From Nemertoderma westbladi (taxonomy: Eukaryota > Animalia > Xenacoelomorpha), in NCBI GenBank assembly GCA_032718475.1, contig JAUCBJ010008087.1:1-64000 (forward strand): 64,000 nt of DNA, given 5' to 3'. The notes under the pieces are model-generated. The model worked only from the letters and a program-made list of their open reading frames with translations, was not told where the DNA came from and made no database searches. This document shows positions 14,032-24,494 of the stretch, piece after piece (position 1 is the first letter of the stretch; each line of letters opens with the position of its first letter). The translations under genes were made by a program, and so were the position numbers.

Positions 14032-14094
14032 ATAACAGTTATTGTCTTTATTGCAGTAAGCAATAAAGTTCAAAGTACCGGTCGACCGGTAAAC

Positions 14095-14335
14095 CTGAAC
14101 CGGTACTGCTGTAGGTCCGTAGGCCCAACTGCCAGAACCGGTACTGCTGTAGGTCCGTAGGCCCAACTGCCAGAACCGGTCCTGCTGTAGGTCCGTAGGC
14201 CCAACTGCCAGAATCGGTACTGCTGTAGGTCCGTAGGCCCAACTGCTTGAACCGGTACTGCTGTAGGTCAGTAGGCCTAACTGCCTGAACCGGTACTGCT
14301 GTAGGTCTGTAGGCCCAACTGTCCTAACCGGTACT
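14095..14335. repeat. 38-bp tandem repeat (about 6 copies) in the retrotransposon leader
   Basis: Unit CCGGTACTGCTGTAGGTCCGTAGGCCCAACTGCCAGAA. Confidence 0.92.
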
Positions 14336-14564
14336 TCCAGTACAAGTACATTAGTATTATTTCGATTGTGATCTATTGTATATTGTAGGCTGCCAGGGGA
14401 ATAGGGATTGATCACCCCTCATTCTTTTGTATAGTTTACTTATTTCTGTCAGTTTTATTTCCTAGTAAGTTAATATTGAGCTGAAGACGTGTAAGTCTGC
14501 TCAGATTGCTCAGATAACTGTAGGCCGGACTGTTGTCGGATTGTTGTTGGGTTTGGAGGAATTG

Positions 14565-15030
14565 CGGCGTGTGTAGAGTTTGTCTGATAAAGTGCCAGTT
14601 AGTAAGTTGGGGCAGCCAGAGCTGTAAGGTCAATCCCCTCTTAAAGAATAAGTCGTACTACCGTGTTAGAACGCATACTAACTAACCATTTTGGAATCTG
14701 CACATACTGTAGTTTATTTAGGCTTGACAGTATTCTGCCAGCGTTTTGGCCTGTGTTTGTTTGTGTGGTCTGTTCAGGTACCGTAATAGTTATTACTCAG
14801 ATATTTTGTAGGCTGGATTGTTGTCTAGCTATTATTAGGTCTGAAGAGATTGCTGCGTGTGTAGAGTTTGTCTGATAAAGTGCCAGTTAGTAAGTTGGGG
14901 CAGCCAGAGCTGTAAGGTCAATCCCCTCTTAAAGAATAAGTCGTGCTACCGTGTTAGAACGCATACTAACTAACCATTTCGGAATCTGCACATACTGTAG
15001 TTTATTTAGGCTTGGTGGTAGTCTGCCAGT
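14565..15030. repeat. Direct repeat of about 170 bp in the leader (about 14565-14740 and 14855-15030)
   Basis: Block gcgtgtgtagagtttgtctgataaag...gtttatttaggcttg occurs twice, about 289 bp apart. Confidence 0.88.
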
Positions 15031-16377
15031 GTTTGGTTTGTATTTTGTTTGAGTATTCTGTACGGGTAGCGTAATATTTATTATTCAGAGTTTATGCGAT
15101 TATTCGCAACATTCATGTCCCCAAGTTTATTCCTACAGTAATTGTGTTTGTTACACATACCGTTATAGTTAAATTAACCCCGGTACTACACGGGCTGCTT
15201 GGCGTAGGTAAAGACTGGTGACTTTGTGCTCCAGTCACTCCAGCAGATGCCGTGGTTCTTTTAACTGTTCAAGTATATTTAACTACTGATTATTTGTTGT
15301 ACCAGTACTTGTACCTAATTTAGGGTTTAGTGTACAGTGCTTTCCGAAAGTAATTAGTGTGTAGGCAGTATATTTGTGTTGTAAAGTGGTTAATAGGCAT
15401 GTTGGATCTGGTAGTCCGCGGTAATTAACTTCCAGGTAGGAACACTCCGTTATACATAACGTAGTACCTATAGCGATACGGCTATAGGTCGTCAGACGGT
15501 GGTATTTTTCCTATCTGGACAGTGCAATATATTTACTACTACTTATTATTTTCAAATACCGTAGTACCCTGTCCGTCGTAATAACCAGAAATCTAACCCT
15601 TTGTTAGACTGGTTTGTAGACTTCCTGTAAAATTACCCTAAAAATTTCGTACGTAATATTTTGTTGTGTTTAATTAGAGATTTAATCTCACCCGTATCTT
15701 AGGTAATTTGTAGTATTAAGTAACTTAGGTAAATTAGAATTATCTGTTTTAGTGTCCAATAAATAGCACTTCACTGAGAGCGCACAGCTTCTGTGTAGTG
15801 ACTCCCCCTAGAAATAATAACATTTATTTCAAATATTGACAAAACCCATTTTAAACGGGTATATATATATTATAAATCAACTCAAACGATTTATAAATAG
15901 TAGGCCTACCATACAACAATTAGGTCTCAATATCAGTTGGACTACTGCTTAAATAACGGTAATAAAGTAAGTTAAGGTAACTAAGTAACCTTTAAATTCA
16001 GAAATTCAATTATTTAAATAATTGATATACCGGTATTCACGATAGGCCTATTAACTTTATTTCTATAAATTTAGGCTGAAATTATACCGGTATTCTGTAA
16101 TTAATTCTAGTTCATAATTATACTTATATATACTATAAGTGTAAGCTGTATACCGGTATTCACGATAGGCCTATTATATATTTATATATTTGTGCTAAAA
16201 TTATATACCGGTACTCTGTGACAAACCTAGTTTACAATACTTATATATACTATAAGTGTATACCGGTATTCTAATATACTGTAATAAATTACCGGTACTA
16301 GGCCAACGGTCATACTGAATTACTAGACTTGCTTTAACTGTAACTATAGCAGTAAGCATTCAACTGTATAGCTAAAC

Positions 16378-19300
16378 ATGTCTGACACCCAGCAAAACCT
16401 GTCAGACAGTCTAATCGATACAACCATCTGTGACACAGATAGGACTGTGGAGCGATTAAGAAAGGAGTTCAGCTCACCTCCTACTGAAAGAAAGGTCATC
16501 CCTCCAGTAGTAGTATCAGATCCTAAGCTCATCCAACACCGTAGGTCTATCATCGGCACTCGGGCCCAAGTCAAACGGAACCAGGAAGCAGCTGTCCAAC
16601 AGCAGCAACATCCTAGTCAAGAAACTTGTTCCCAGAGATCCGATAGCTCCAGTAGTTCGGATACTGTAGAGCTGACCCCCAAACGCGGAGTGCAGATGGC
16701 GGCTACAGCCTACTCGGATCCCCTTCTCACCCTTCCTGCCGCAGTGCTAACTACTATATTGATTGAGGTGGAGGAACATCAAGCCGATTGGGCGAGAAGT
16801 AAGCGAGCGACCCAAGATAGTTATGCGGGATACGCCAGGGAAGAATTGATGTCTATTGTCGAGTCGCAATGGAACTTTCCCGGACCCGGACTCCCGTTGG
16901 ATTTGTCCGAAGCTACTTGGGAAGACATACACAGGATGGGAGTGACTAAAGATACGATGGATCCAGCTGTTTGGAAGAGGTCGGCAGCAGGATATGTGCA
17001 GGGATTCTTCGGCTCCTTAGAGCGATTAGAAGAACAACTGTTTCGACAACCCCAAGGACCTCAAGAGCAGGAAGAGCTGCTTTATCAAGTACGCGAAAGA
17101 ACCCTACGTATTAGACTAATCTTATCAGCCTTTGAGGAAACTTCCAAAAGAAGACAGGACACGTCGCTACAGGTTGCTGTCAAGACTTGGTTCCAGCGGG
17201 TCGGTCTCAAAGTTCAAGAAACGGCCCAGTGGAAATCCCAGCTGGCTGAGAGACCAACCTATGAAGAACCAACCAATGCCACCCTTTCTCAAGTGGAAAG
17301 CGAAGAGACAGCAGCAGAGAAGCCGCCCTCGAGAGACGCCATAGACATCTATCTGTCAGACTATCAACGTTTCTTGGGTGATGAGGAGTTGAGGAGACGA
17401 CTGGCTGGACTTCGCCCCAATAGTGAAGGAACCAAGCTTGTGTTGGACTCAATCGATGCGGAAATGTTAGCTGCGAACCAAGCTAAATTTGATGAAAAAC
17501 TCCGCCTCGCTAGAGTCCAAGAAGAACAAGTAAAGAAAAAACGGATAGAGGACCGAAAGGCAGCAGCAGTAACGGCGGCAGAAGCAGAAGCAGAAAGAAA
17601 GGCAGCAGCAGTAACGGCGGCAGAAGCAGAAGCAGAAAGAAAGGCAGCGGCGGCAGAAGCAGAAGCAAAAAGAAAAGCAATGGCGGCAGAGGCAGAAGCA
17701 AAAAGAAAAGCAACGGCGGCAGAAGCAGAAGCAGAAAGAAAAGCAGCGGTGGCAGAAGCAGAATGGAGAGCGTCTGAGGAGACTACCCAACTAGAGTTGG
17801 AAAATCTGCAAGAGACGCAAGACATCATAAATAAACAGTTAACTGCTAGTCACATGCAGATGATGAGAAGATCTACTCCCAAACGCCAGGGATACACATC
17901 ATCGGAGGAAAGCGAAACCACCGATCCTGAAGGCGGAGGAAATAGATCTCGTCTAAGCAGGCGTAGAAAAACATCTCACCGTTACAAATTGCCTGATTTG
18001 CCCCCAGCTGTGAGAAGACAACTAGCTAGCACAGACTTAAGTAGTATAGAACCTACAGACCTAATTATTAAGGTCAAAAAACTCCCTACTATAGTGGATG
18101 AGCCTGAAATAATTAGGCCTGTCGTTCCCAAAGTCACTCCTGTGCTAGAGACCCCTGTACTTCCAGAGCTTAACTCTAAATTCCCTTTACACAGTACTAC
18201 ACTGCCTGTACCCGGTAGAACAGTCCATGAGAATATCCCTGTCCTGGAAGCTGAGAGAGAAATCAAAGATTTGTCTCCCGTCGTCCCGCGTCAGCCCGCT
18301 ACAATGTTGGCGACTCCCGCTTCGGCGGTCGAGTGGGTAGAGGAGGGACGGCGGGGGATGAATCTCCTGCTCGGACAGATGCAGGAGACTGTCCACCAAC
18401 TTAAGGGAACAGTAAGGGAAGGTAGGGCCGAATTGCAAGAAGTGCAGCAAAGTATCGCGCTAGAGCGCGACAAATTAGTCAATATACAAAAAGGTATACC
18501 AATACCCCCTGTAACATTGTGTCAACCTGTTAGGTCTGAAGTATTACATGCGCAAGGTGTGGAGCCTACACACATCTATACTGCTAGTGAAGTAGAAACT
18601 CCTATAGCAAACCCTATTAAGGGTGATTATAAACCTGTTGTTAATGATATTCCCTATAGACCTGATAATGATCCGAGAAATTTATATACCGATAATTCGA
18701 TATTAAATAACACGATGGCCCAAGAAAGCTTTACGCGTCAGATGGCTAGAACAGAAGCCCGCCAAGCGGTCAAAGTGGGAGAGATCGTCAAATTCAATGG
18801 AGATGAGATGAAATGGTTACCTTTCAATGAATATTACAAAGACAGCATACAGAACTCTGTACTATCTAACAGAGAGAAACTTAGGTTCCTCATCAAGTGC
18901 TTGGAAGGACCTCCCAAGTTAATGGCGTTAAAGTTCATTGGACATCCAGAAGGATTAAGACAAGTTTGGGATACATTAAACATCAGGTATGGTAACAAGG
19001 ATAACATAGCTAAGTATTTGTATGCAAAATTAGTAGCCCCCCGAAACTTCCTTAGTAGCGGGATTATAGAGTTTTCCGATGAGATTCAGGAGATCTGTAG
19101 ACAATTGGACTGGTTAGGTAAGTCTCATGAATATCAGAGTTCCATGGTTATTGGAGCAGTAGTCTCTACTTTACCAAAGGGTGGAGTATGTACACGCTGG
19201 GACAAGAAAGTGTTGTATATGAATGAGCAGCAACGACGAAGCCCTACCATGGCTGATCTCATGTCCTTCTTAGATGGTGAAGTAAAACTACAACTCATCA

Positions 19301-22300
19301 AGCAGTCCAGAAAGAAAACATCGGAAAATAAGGTAAGTGAGAAACCCGTTTCTAGGAGAAGAGTCACACCGGTGTGTTACACTGACGACGGCGAAAGCCA
19401 AGTTTCTCAAGAAGAGGACAGCGGGAAAGACACTGACAAATTTTACTACGTTAACAAAACCCCAAAAGACGTAAGTAAATACAAGGCTCGAACCAACGAT
19501 AGGAGAGAACAGGTTGCCAAGACCCCTCCTCAGTCTCCTAACAGGATGCACGGAAGAAAGCCCGAAGAAAGAACGAGAGTGCATCAAGTTACCCAAGGTA
19601 AAGTGAGTAACATAAACCCTAACTGTGCGCTGTGCGACGGGACCCACCGTTTGAGTGCGTGTGCTGAATTTCTAAAGAAATCCCTTGTAGACAGACGTGC
19701 AGTCGTGTGGGATAAGCGGTTATGCTATAATTGCCTCAGATCAGGACACCAACGGCGAACCTGTTACTCCGACATAAAGTGTGCAAAGTGTGACGCGAAA
19801 CATCACATCTTGTTACACAGTGAGCTCGAACGAAACAACCCGAGTAAGGTAAGTGAGCCCGAACTACATGTCCAATTCAGTGATGTAAATGACACTGATC
19901 AAGAATCTGAGATGGAAGGATTCTATACTGACGAATTCTCCGACGCCAACGAATCCTGTTATCTAATCAATACCGCGGTGTATCGAGCACTTACTTATGA
20001 AAAGGACACCGACAATGAGTTCCCCCCAACTACTTTTGCCAGACAACCATCTTGGAAAGCTCCAACTTCCAACGTAGGAATCAGAGAATTTCCTGTAGTG
20101 CAGGTAAGAGTTCATGGTCCTACCAAAAGTTACATAGTGAATGCCCTCCTTGACTCCGGCAGCACAGGAACATTCATCGATCAAGAACTAGCCGAAGATA
20201 TCTTTGCTGGACAACCCAAATTCCGGACTAAATTGAATATGTCAGGAATTATGCAGGTTTGGAAATCTACCCTAACAGCAGATTACTATGTAGGTGTGTT
20301 GTCCACCCCCCAGGATAAATTAGGAGCACAAGGTATAAGGTCGGTAAAAATGGTGGCTATAAAGAACTTCGCTACTACCCAAGCAGACCTTTATAATTGG
20401 GACGAGGATGAGAGCATCCAACATCTTAAGATACCTCGATTCCAGACAGATTATCCTGGAGTGCAAATACTCATCGGCCAAAACGCGCATGAGGCGCTCG
20501 AGACATTGGAGAAACGGCCTGCTCAACCGCAGCCACTGCAAACCTATGCGGTAAGAACTAGAGTAGGTTGGTACTTTACTGGCCCTTCCCGCAGAACTCT
20601 CGAAGAGAGAATGCCACAAGAACGAATATACCAAGTAAACGATGGGGAAGTGGAGAGCAGTGAGGTGGACGAACTAACTGAGGGAACACCATACTCCTCA
20701 GATAATGACGACATCTACCAACTCTTCGATGAAGTGAACACAATCGACCTACTTACAGAAAACAAAACGTGGAAAAACCAGGTGAACCTATGTCAACTGA
20801 TTCGCCCATCGGGACCCATTGATTACAATGACGAACTAAATGATGAGATAGAGCGCTGCAACGCTAGAACTCGGGACGAACTCGCCGTACGATTCTTTAC
20901 TCAAGAACTGGTAGAGCCCAATTCATACGATAAGGCCCTATCGATAGAAGAAGAAAGAGCCAAGCAAATCCAGGAAACAACTACACGTTTTTTAAAGGAC
21001 CAAGGTAGATATGAAATCGGCCTACCATTTCGAAAACGAGAACCTAGATTTATAAATAACAGACCCTTGGCAGAGAAAAGAATCGCTCAATTACATCGAT
21101 GCCTTATGGCTAATGCTTCAGCTAAAGAAATGTACCAAATACAGTTGAAGAAATTTATAACAAAGGGATACGCGGAGCGAGTACCAGAAGGAACACCAGT
21201 GACTGAGAGAACGTATTACTTAACACATCATTACGTTCCCAAACCCGGTAAACCCCACGAAGTACGAGTCGTATTCAATGGCTCCGCCCTATATATGGGC
21301 CAATCCCTCAATTCCGAGTTGTTACCAGGATCCAACTTACTCCAATCTTTGTTGGGAATACTTTTAAGATCAAGACAATATTCCATCGCGTTCGCCTCCG
21401 ATATAGAAGGAATGTTCTTACAAGTCAAGGCGCTGGATAGAGATAGAGACAGCCTGAGATTTCTGTGGTGGCCTGAAGGAGACCTCAATCAGAAACCGGT
21501 AGAGTACTGGATGACCATCCAGTCTTTTGGGATCATATCTAGTCCTTCCAACGCCTGCTCCGTGGTGCGAACCACTGCGAATGACAACCGAGACGCCTTC
21601 TCAAAAGAGGTGATAGACAACATCAAGCGTAATATATACATGGACGATAATTTAAGGTCCCTTCCAACAGTAGAAGAAGCCATTGATGTCGCGAAAGGAA
21701 CGGTAGAGTGTTTGAAAAGAGGTGGATTTCGACTGACGAAATTCACTAGCAACTCCCGTGAGTTTCTGGAAGCGATACCGTTAGAAGACCGAGGAACGAA
21801 AGACCTAGACTTAATAAAGGACGATCTTCCTGAAACCAAGACGCTTGGCTTGAAGTGGGACACTGAAAGAGACATCCTGTTTTTTCAGTTAAAACAGCGA
21901 GATAATCCAGTTCGGACCAAACGGATTTGTTTAAGTATCCTGAGCACTTATTTCGACCCATTGGGATTTATTAGCCCAGTTATAGTGATTGCTCGGAGTT
22001 TAGTACAACAAATGTGGCTTGAAAACCACTCATGGGACGATCCGCTTAAGGGAGAACTGTTAAAGAAATGGATGAAATGGGAAGATTCTCTACCTGCCAT
22101 CGAGAACTTTATAATTTCCCGTGCATATTTTGGCCATGTTCTTCCTACGTATTCCTATCAACTCCATGTGTTTGGAGACGCCAGCGACATGGGAATAGGT
22201 ATAGTAGCATATCTGCGAGTCGAAACTCCGGATGGAATCAAAGTCGCCTTGGTTACCTCTAAGGCATTGATTAACAACAAGTTAAAGGTTCCTCGAGCGG

Positions 22301-23073
22301 AGTTAAAGGCGGCTTTATACGCTACAGCCATCGGCCGGAACGTAACAGAACAAATCGACTATCCACTGGAGAAAACGGTTTATTGGACCGACGCTTTACT
22401 CGTGTTGGAGTATCTAACCAATGAAGTCTGTCAGTTCAGCGTTTTTGTTACTAACAGGGTAGCTATTATTCTTAGTCGCACAAAGATAGATCAATGGAGA
22501 CATTGCCCTGGTACGATTAATCCAGCCGATATCGCCTCCAGGGGAGCAACTCCACAGGAACTGATAGATACTCCAGATTGGTTGGGTGGACCCGACTTCC
22601 TGAGCAAGGAAGAGGATGAATGGCCTCCTCACCTTACTACGGCGGAGATTAGACAAGCCAAGGGAGCGGAGACAGTCAAACCTAAAACCCGGGCGAGTAA
22701 ATCGAAGTTATTTAAACCGACGATCGATCTATCTGTATTACATACTTCCGGGAATGATGCTTCGGATCCACAATCCCTCGCCACAAATAAGTCTGTTGTG
22801 GAAATTAGAGATAGAGATTGGAAATCTGGAATACCAGACGTCTCGCAAGGAATCTCACCCCTGCTGCAGAGAGCAACGCATCACTACAGTTCCTGGAATC
22901 GGCTCTGTAAAGCCGTCACATATTTAAGGCGATGTTTTCATCATCACTACTCCAGGACGAAGACCACTAGTGATACCGCTCCATTGACATCTGCACAAGT
23001 TCATGTTATTAAAAATTTACCCAAATATAAGACATCTGACTGGTTTCTCAAGGAGAAAATAAGCAGATACTGA
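16378..23073 (+). CDS. BEL/Pao Gag-Pol polyprotein (Gag, three zinc knuckles, protease, RT, RNase H)
   Basis: DUF1759-like Gag (KFNGDEMKW...EKLRFL). Knuckles CALCDGTHRLSAC, CYNCLRSGHQRRTC and CAKCDAKHHILLH. Protease LLDSGS, RT DIEGMF and YMDD, RNase H LHVFGDAS, WTD and NPAD. Confidence 0.96.
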   Translation: MSDTQQNLSDSLIDTTICDTDRTVERLRKEFSSPPTERKVIPPVVVSDPKLIQHRRSIIGTRAQVKRNQEAAVQQQQHPSQETCSQRSDSSSSSDTVELTPKRGVQMAATAYSDPLLTLPAAVLTTILIEVEEHQADWARSKRATQDSYAGYAREELMSIVESQWNFPGPGLPLDLSEATWEDIHRMGVTKDTMDPAVWKRSAAGYVQGFFGSLERLEEQLFRQPQGPQEQEELLYQVRERTLRIRLILSAFEETSKRRQDTSLQVAVKTWFQRVGLKVQETAQWKSQLAERPTYEEPTNATLSQVESEETAAEKPPSRDAIDIYLSDYQRFLGDEELRRRLAGLRPNSEGTKLVLDSIDAEMLAANQAKFDEKLRLARVQEEQVKKKRIEDRKAAAVTAAEAEAERKAAAVTAAEAEAERKAAAAEAEAKRKAMAAEAEAKRKATAAEAEAERKAAVAEAEWRASEETTQLELENLQETQDIINKQLTASHMQMMRRSTPKRQGYTSSEESETTDPEGGGNRSRLSRRRKTSHRYKLPDLPPAVRRQLASTDLSSIEPTDLIIKVKKLPTIVDEPEIIRPVVPKVTPVLETPVLPELNSKFPLHSTTLPVPGRTVHENIPVLEAEREIKDLSPVVPRQPATMLATPASAVEWVEEGRRGMNLLLGQMQETVHQLKGTVREGRAELQEVQQSIALERDKLVNIQKGIPIPPVTLCQPVRSEVLHAQGVEPTHIYTASEVETPIANPIKGDYKPVVNDIPYRPDNDPRNLYTDNSILNNTMAQESFTRQMARTEARQAVKVGEIVKFNGDEMKWLPFNEYYKDSIQNSVLSNREKLRFLIKCLEGPPKLMALKFIGHPEGLRQVWDTLNIRYGNKDNIAKYLYAKLVAPRNFLSSGIIEFSDEIQEICRQLDWLGKSHEYQSSMVIGAVVSTLPKGGVCTRWDKKVLYMNEQQRRSPTMADLMSFLDGEVKLQLIKQSRKKTSENKVSEKPVSRRRVTPVCYTDDGESQVSQEEDSGKDTDKFYYVNKTPKDVSKYKARTNDRREQVAKTPPQSPNRMHGRKPEERTRVHQVTQGKVSNINPNCALCDGTHRLSACAEFLKKSLVDRRAVVWDKRLCYNCLRSGHQRRTCYSDIKCAKCDAKHHILLHSELERNNPSKVSEPELHVQFSDVNDTDQESEMEGFYTDEFSDANESCYLINTAVYRALTYEKDTDNEFPPTTFARQPSWKAPTSNVGIREFPVVQVRVHGPTKSYIVNALLDSGSTGTFIDQELAEDIFAGQPKFRTKLNMSGIMQVWKSTLTADYYVGVLSTPQDKLGAQGIRSVKMVAIKNFATTQADLYNWDEDESIQHLKIPRFQTDYPGVQILIGQNAHEALETLEKRPAQPQPLQTYAVRTRVGWYFTGPSRRTLEERMPQERIYQVNDGEVESSEVDELTEGTPYSSDNDDIYQLFDEVNTIDLLTENKTWKNQVNLCQLIRPSGPIDYNDELNDEIERCNARTRDELAVRFFTQELVEPNSYDKALSIEEERAKQIQETTTRFLKDQGRYEIGLPFRKREPRFINNRPLAEKRIAQLHRCLMANASAKEMYQIQLKKFITKGYAERVPEGTPVTERTYYLTHHYVPKPGKPHEVRVVFNGSALYMGQSLNSELLPGSNLLQSLLGILLRSRQYSIAFASDIEGMFLQVKALDRDRDSLRFLWWPEGDLNQKPVEYWMTIQSFGIISSPSNACSVVRTTANDNRDAFSKEVIDNIKRNIYMDDNLRSLPTVEEAIDVAKGTVECLKRGGFRLTKFTSNSREFLEAIPLEDRGTKDLDLIKDDLPETKTLGLKWDTERDILFFQLKQRDNPVRTKRICLSILSTYFDPLGFISPVIVIARSLVQQMWLENHSWDDPLKGELLKKWMKWEDSLPAIENFIISRAYFGHVLPTYSYQLHVFGDASDMGIGIVAYLRVETPDGIKVALVTSKALINNKLKVPRAELKAALYATAIGRNVTEQIDYPLEKTVYWTDALLVLEYLTNEVCQFSVFVTNRVAIILSRTKIDQWRHCPGTINPADIASRGATPQELIDTPDWLGGPDFLSKEEDEWPPHLTTAEIRQAKGAETVKPKTRASKSKLFKPTIDLSVLHTSGNDASDPQSLATNKSVVEIRDRDWKSGIPDVSQGISPLLQRATHHYSSWNRLCKAVTYLRRCFHHHYSRTKTTSDTAPLTSAQVHVIKNLPKYKTSDWFLKEKISRY

Positions 23074-23114
23074 GACTCCTGCAATGCTATGAAGATTCCG
23101 ATAAGTATTTCCTG

Positions 23115-24494
23115 TTGTTGAGAAATCCGCAGATGCGCTTACGGGATCGCTTCTCTAGCACAATGATAGATGGGTTAATACGTGTTGGAGGAAGGCTCAC
23201 CAATGCGCCATTATCCTTTGACACTAAATTCCCCATACTCATTAGAAATCTTGAAGTACAAATCAAGATGATTGTAGATGTTCACAGCAAACTTTATCAT
23301 GCTGGTAGAGAACGAGTTCTTAGCGAAATCCGAACTCGCTATTATTTTTATAAACCCCGTAGAGCTCTGAACCAAGTTCTTAGGAACTGCATACCCTGTA
23401 GGAAAGCATTCAGTAGGCCTTTAACACAGCGAGAGGCAGAATTACCTAGGGAACGAGTAAGCTTCTATGAACCACCTTTTACTAATACTGGTGTAGATTT
23501 ATTTGGCCCTATTGAAGTATATCGTGCTAGGACTATAGTCAAGAGATGGTGTGTCATCTTCGTATGCATGACTTGTAGAGCCATCCATCTCGATATGGTG
23601 AACGATCTATCTACCAACAGCTTCGTATTAAGTTTACGCCGACAGATCGCTCGCTTCGGGACGAGTAATACCATGAGATCGGATAAGGGAACGAACTTCA
23701 TTGGTGCCAACAACGAAATACAGGCTTACGTGAAGGACTGGAACCAAAGACAGGTGGACGATCAGCTAAGGATAACAGCGTCTAGCTGGACCTTCAACGC
23801 CGCCGACGCCCCTTGGTGGGGAGCAAGTTGGGAGATATTAATTAGAAGTGTTAAGACCGCATTTCACTTTATAGTGCCATGCCGCGCGTATCTCACCGAC
23901 GAACTTTTGCGGACGTTAATGGAGGAAATAGCTGCCTATCTTAACGAGAGACCGCTTATGCCAGTCTCATCGAGTCCCGATTCCCTGGAAGCGCTAACAC
24001 CCGCGCACTTCCTACTGAAGAAACCTGTAGCCATGCTCCCACGATCGGAGATTGCCGACGGAGACGAATACTGCCGTCGAACTTGGCAACTTATGCAGTT
24101 GCTATCCCGTCGTTTCGCTGACCATTTCGAGAAACATTATCTGCCCACGCTACAACTTCGAACTAAGTGGTTTGCACAGCAAGAAAACGTCAGCGCCGGA
24201 GATATGGTGCTTATTGTAGATCCAGACCTCCCACGTAAACGGTGGCAGACAGGTCGTATCATCGGGACTCACATCTCAAATGATGGTTTAGTACGCTCGG
24301 TAGAACTCGTCGTCATGCGGCGTAACTTCAAGAAGCCAGGCATAATCTTTGAGACGCAACAACTCAACCGCCCAGTTGGTCGTTTATGTTTACTGGAAAG
24401 AGACAGAGAACTCTCCGGAAACTATGGAAGGCAAGACACTCTTCCCACGACCACCTCCCTAATTCCTCAAACATCTAGGGACTCCCCAACGTGA
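23115..24494 (+). CDS. BEL/Pao integrase, frameshifted relative to the upstream polyprotein
   Basis: GLIRVGGRL, HHCC finger, GVDLFGP, SDKGTNF, WGASWE, LTPAHFL. The frame is open back to about 23040 and overlaps the end of the upstream ORF. The listed start is TTG, not a real ATG. Confidence 0.94.
   Translation: MLRNPQMRLRDRFSSTMIDGLIRVGGRLTNAPLSFDTKFPILIRNLEVQIKMIVDVHSKLYHAGRERVLSEIRTRYYFYKPRRALNQVLRNCIPCRKAFSRPLTQREAELPRERVSFYEPPFTNTGVDLFGPIEVYRARTIVKRWCVIFVCMTCRAIHLDMVNDLSTNSFVLSLRRQIARFGTSNTMRSDKGTNFIGANNEIQAYVKDWNQRQVDDQLRITASSWTFNAADAPWWGASWEILIRSVKTAFHFIVPCRAYLTDELLRTLMEEIAAYLNERPLMPVSSSPDSLEALTPAHFLLKKPVAMLPRSEIADGDEYCRRTWQLMQLLSRRFADHFEKHYLPTLQLRTKWFAQQENVSAGDMVLIVDPDLPRKRWQTGRIIGTHISNDGLVRSVELVVMRRNFKKPGIIFETQQLNRPVGRLCLLERDRELSGNYGRQDTLPTTTSLIPQTSRDSPT

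Noticed and set aside
12733-14415. Short ORFs in the LTRs and leader (repeated at 29507-30720)
   Set aside because: They recur only because the LTR is duplicated. They have no motifs and mostly non-ATG starts.
23040-23115. Programmed frameshift between RNase H and integrase
   Set aside because: BEL/Pao pol is normally one frame and no clear slippery site was seen; a mutation is more likely.
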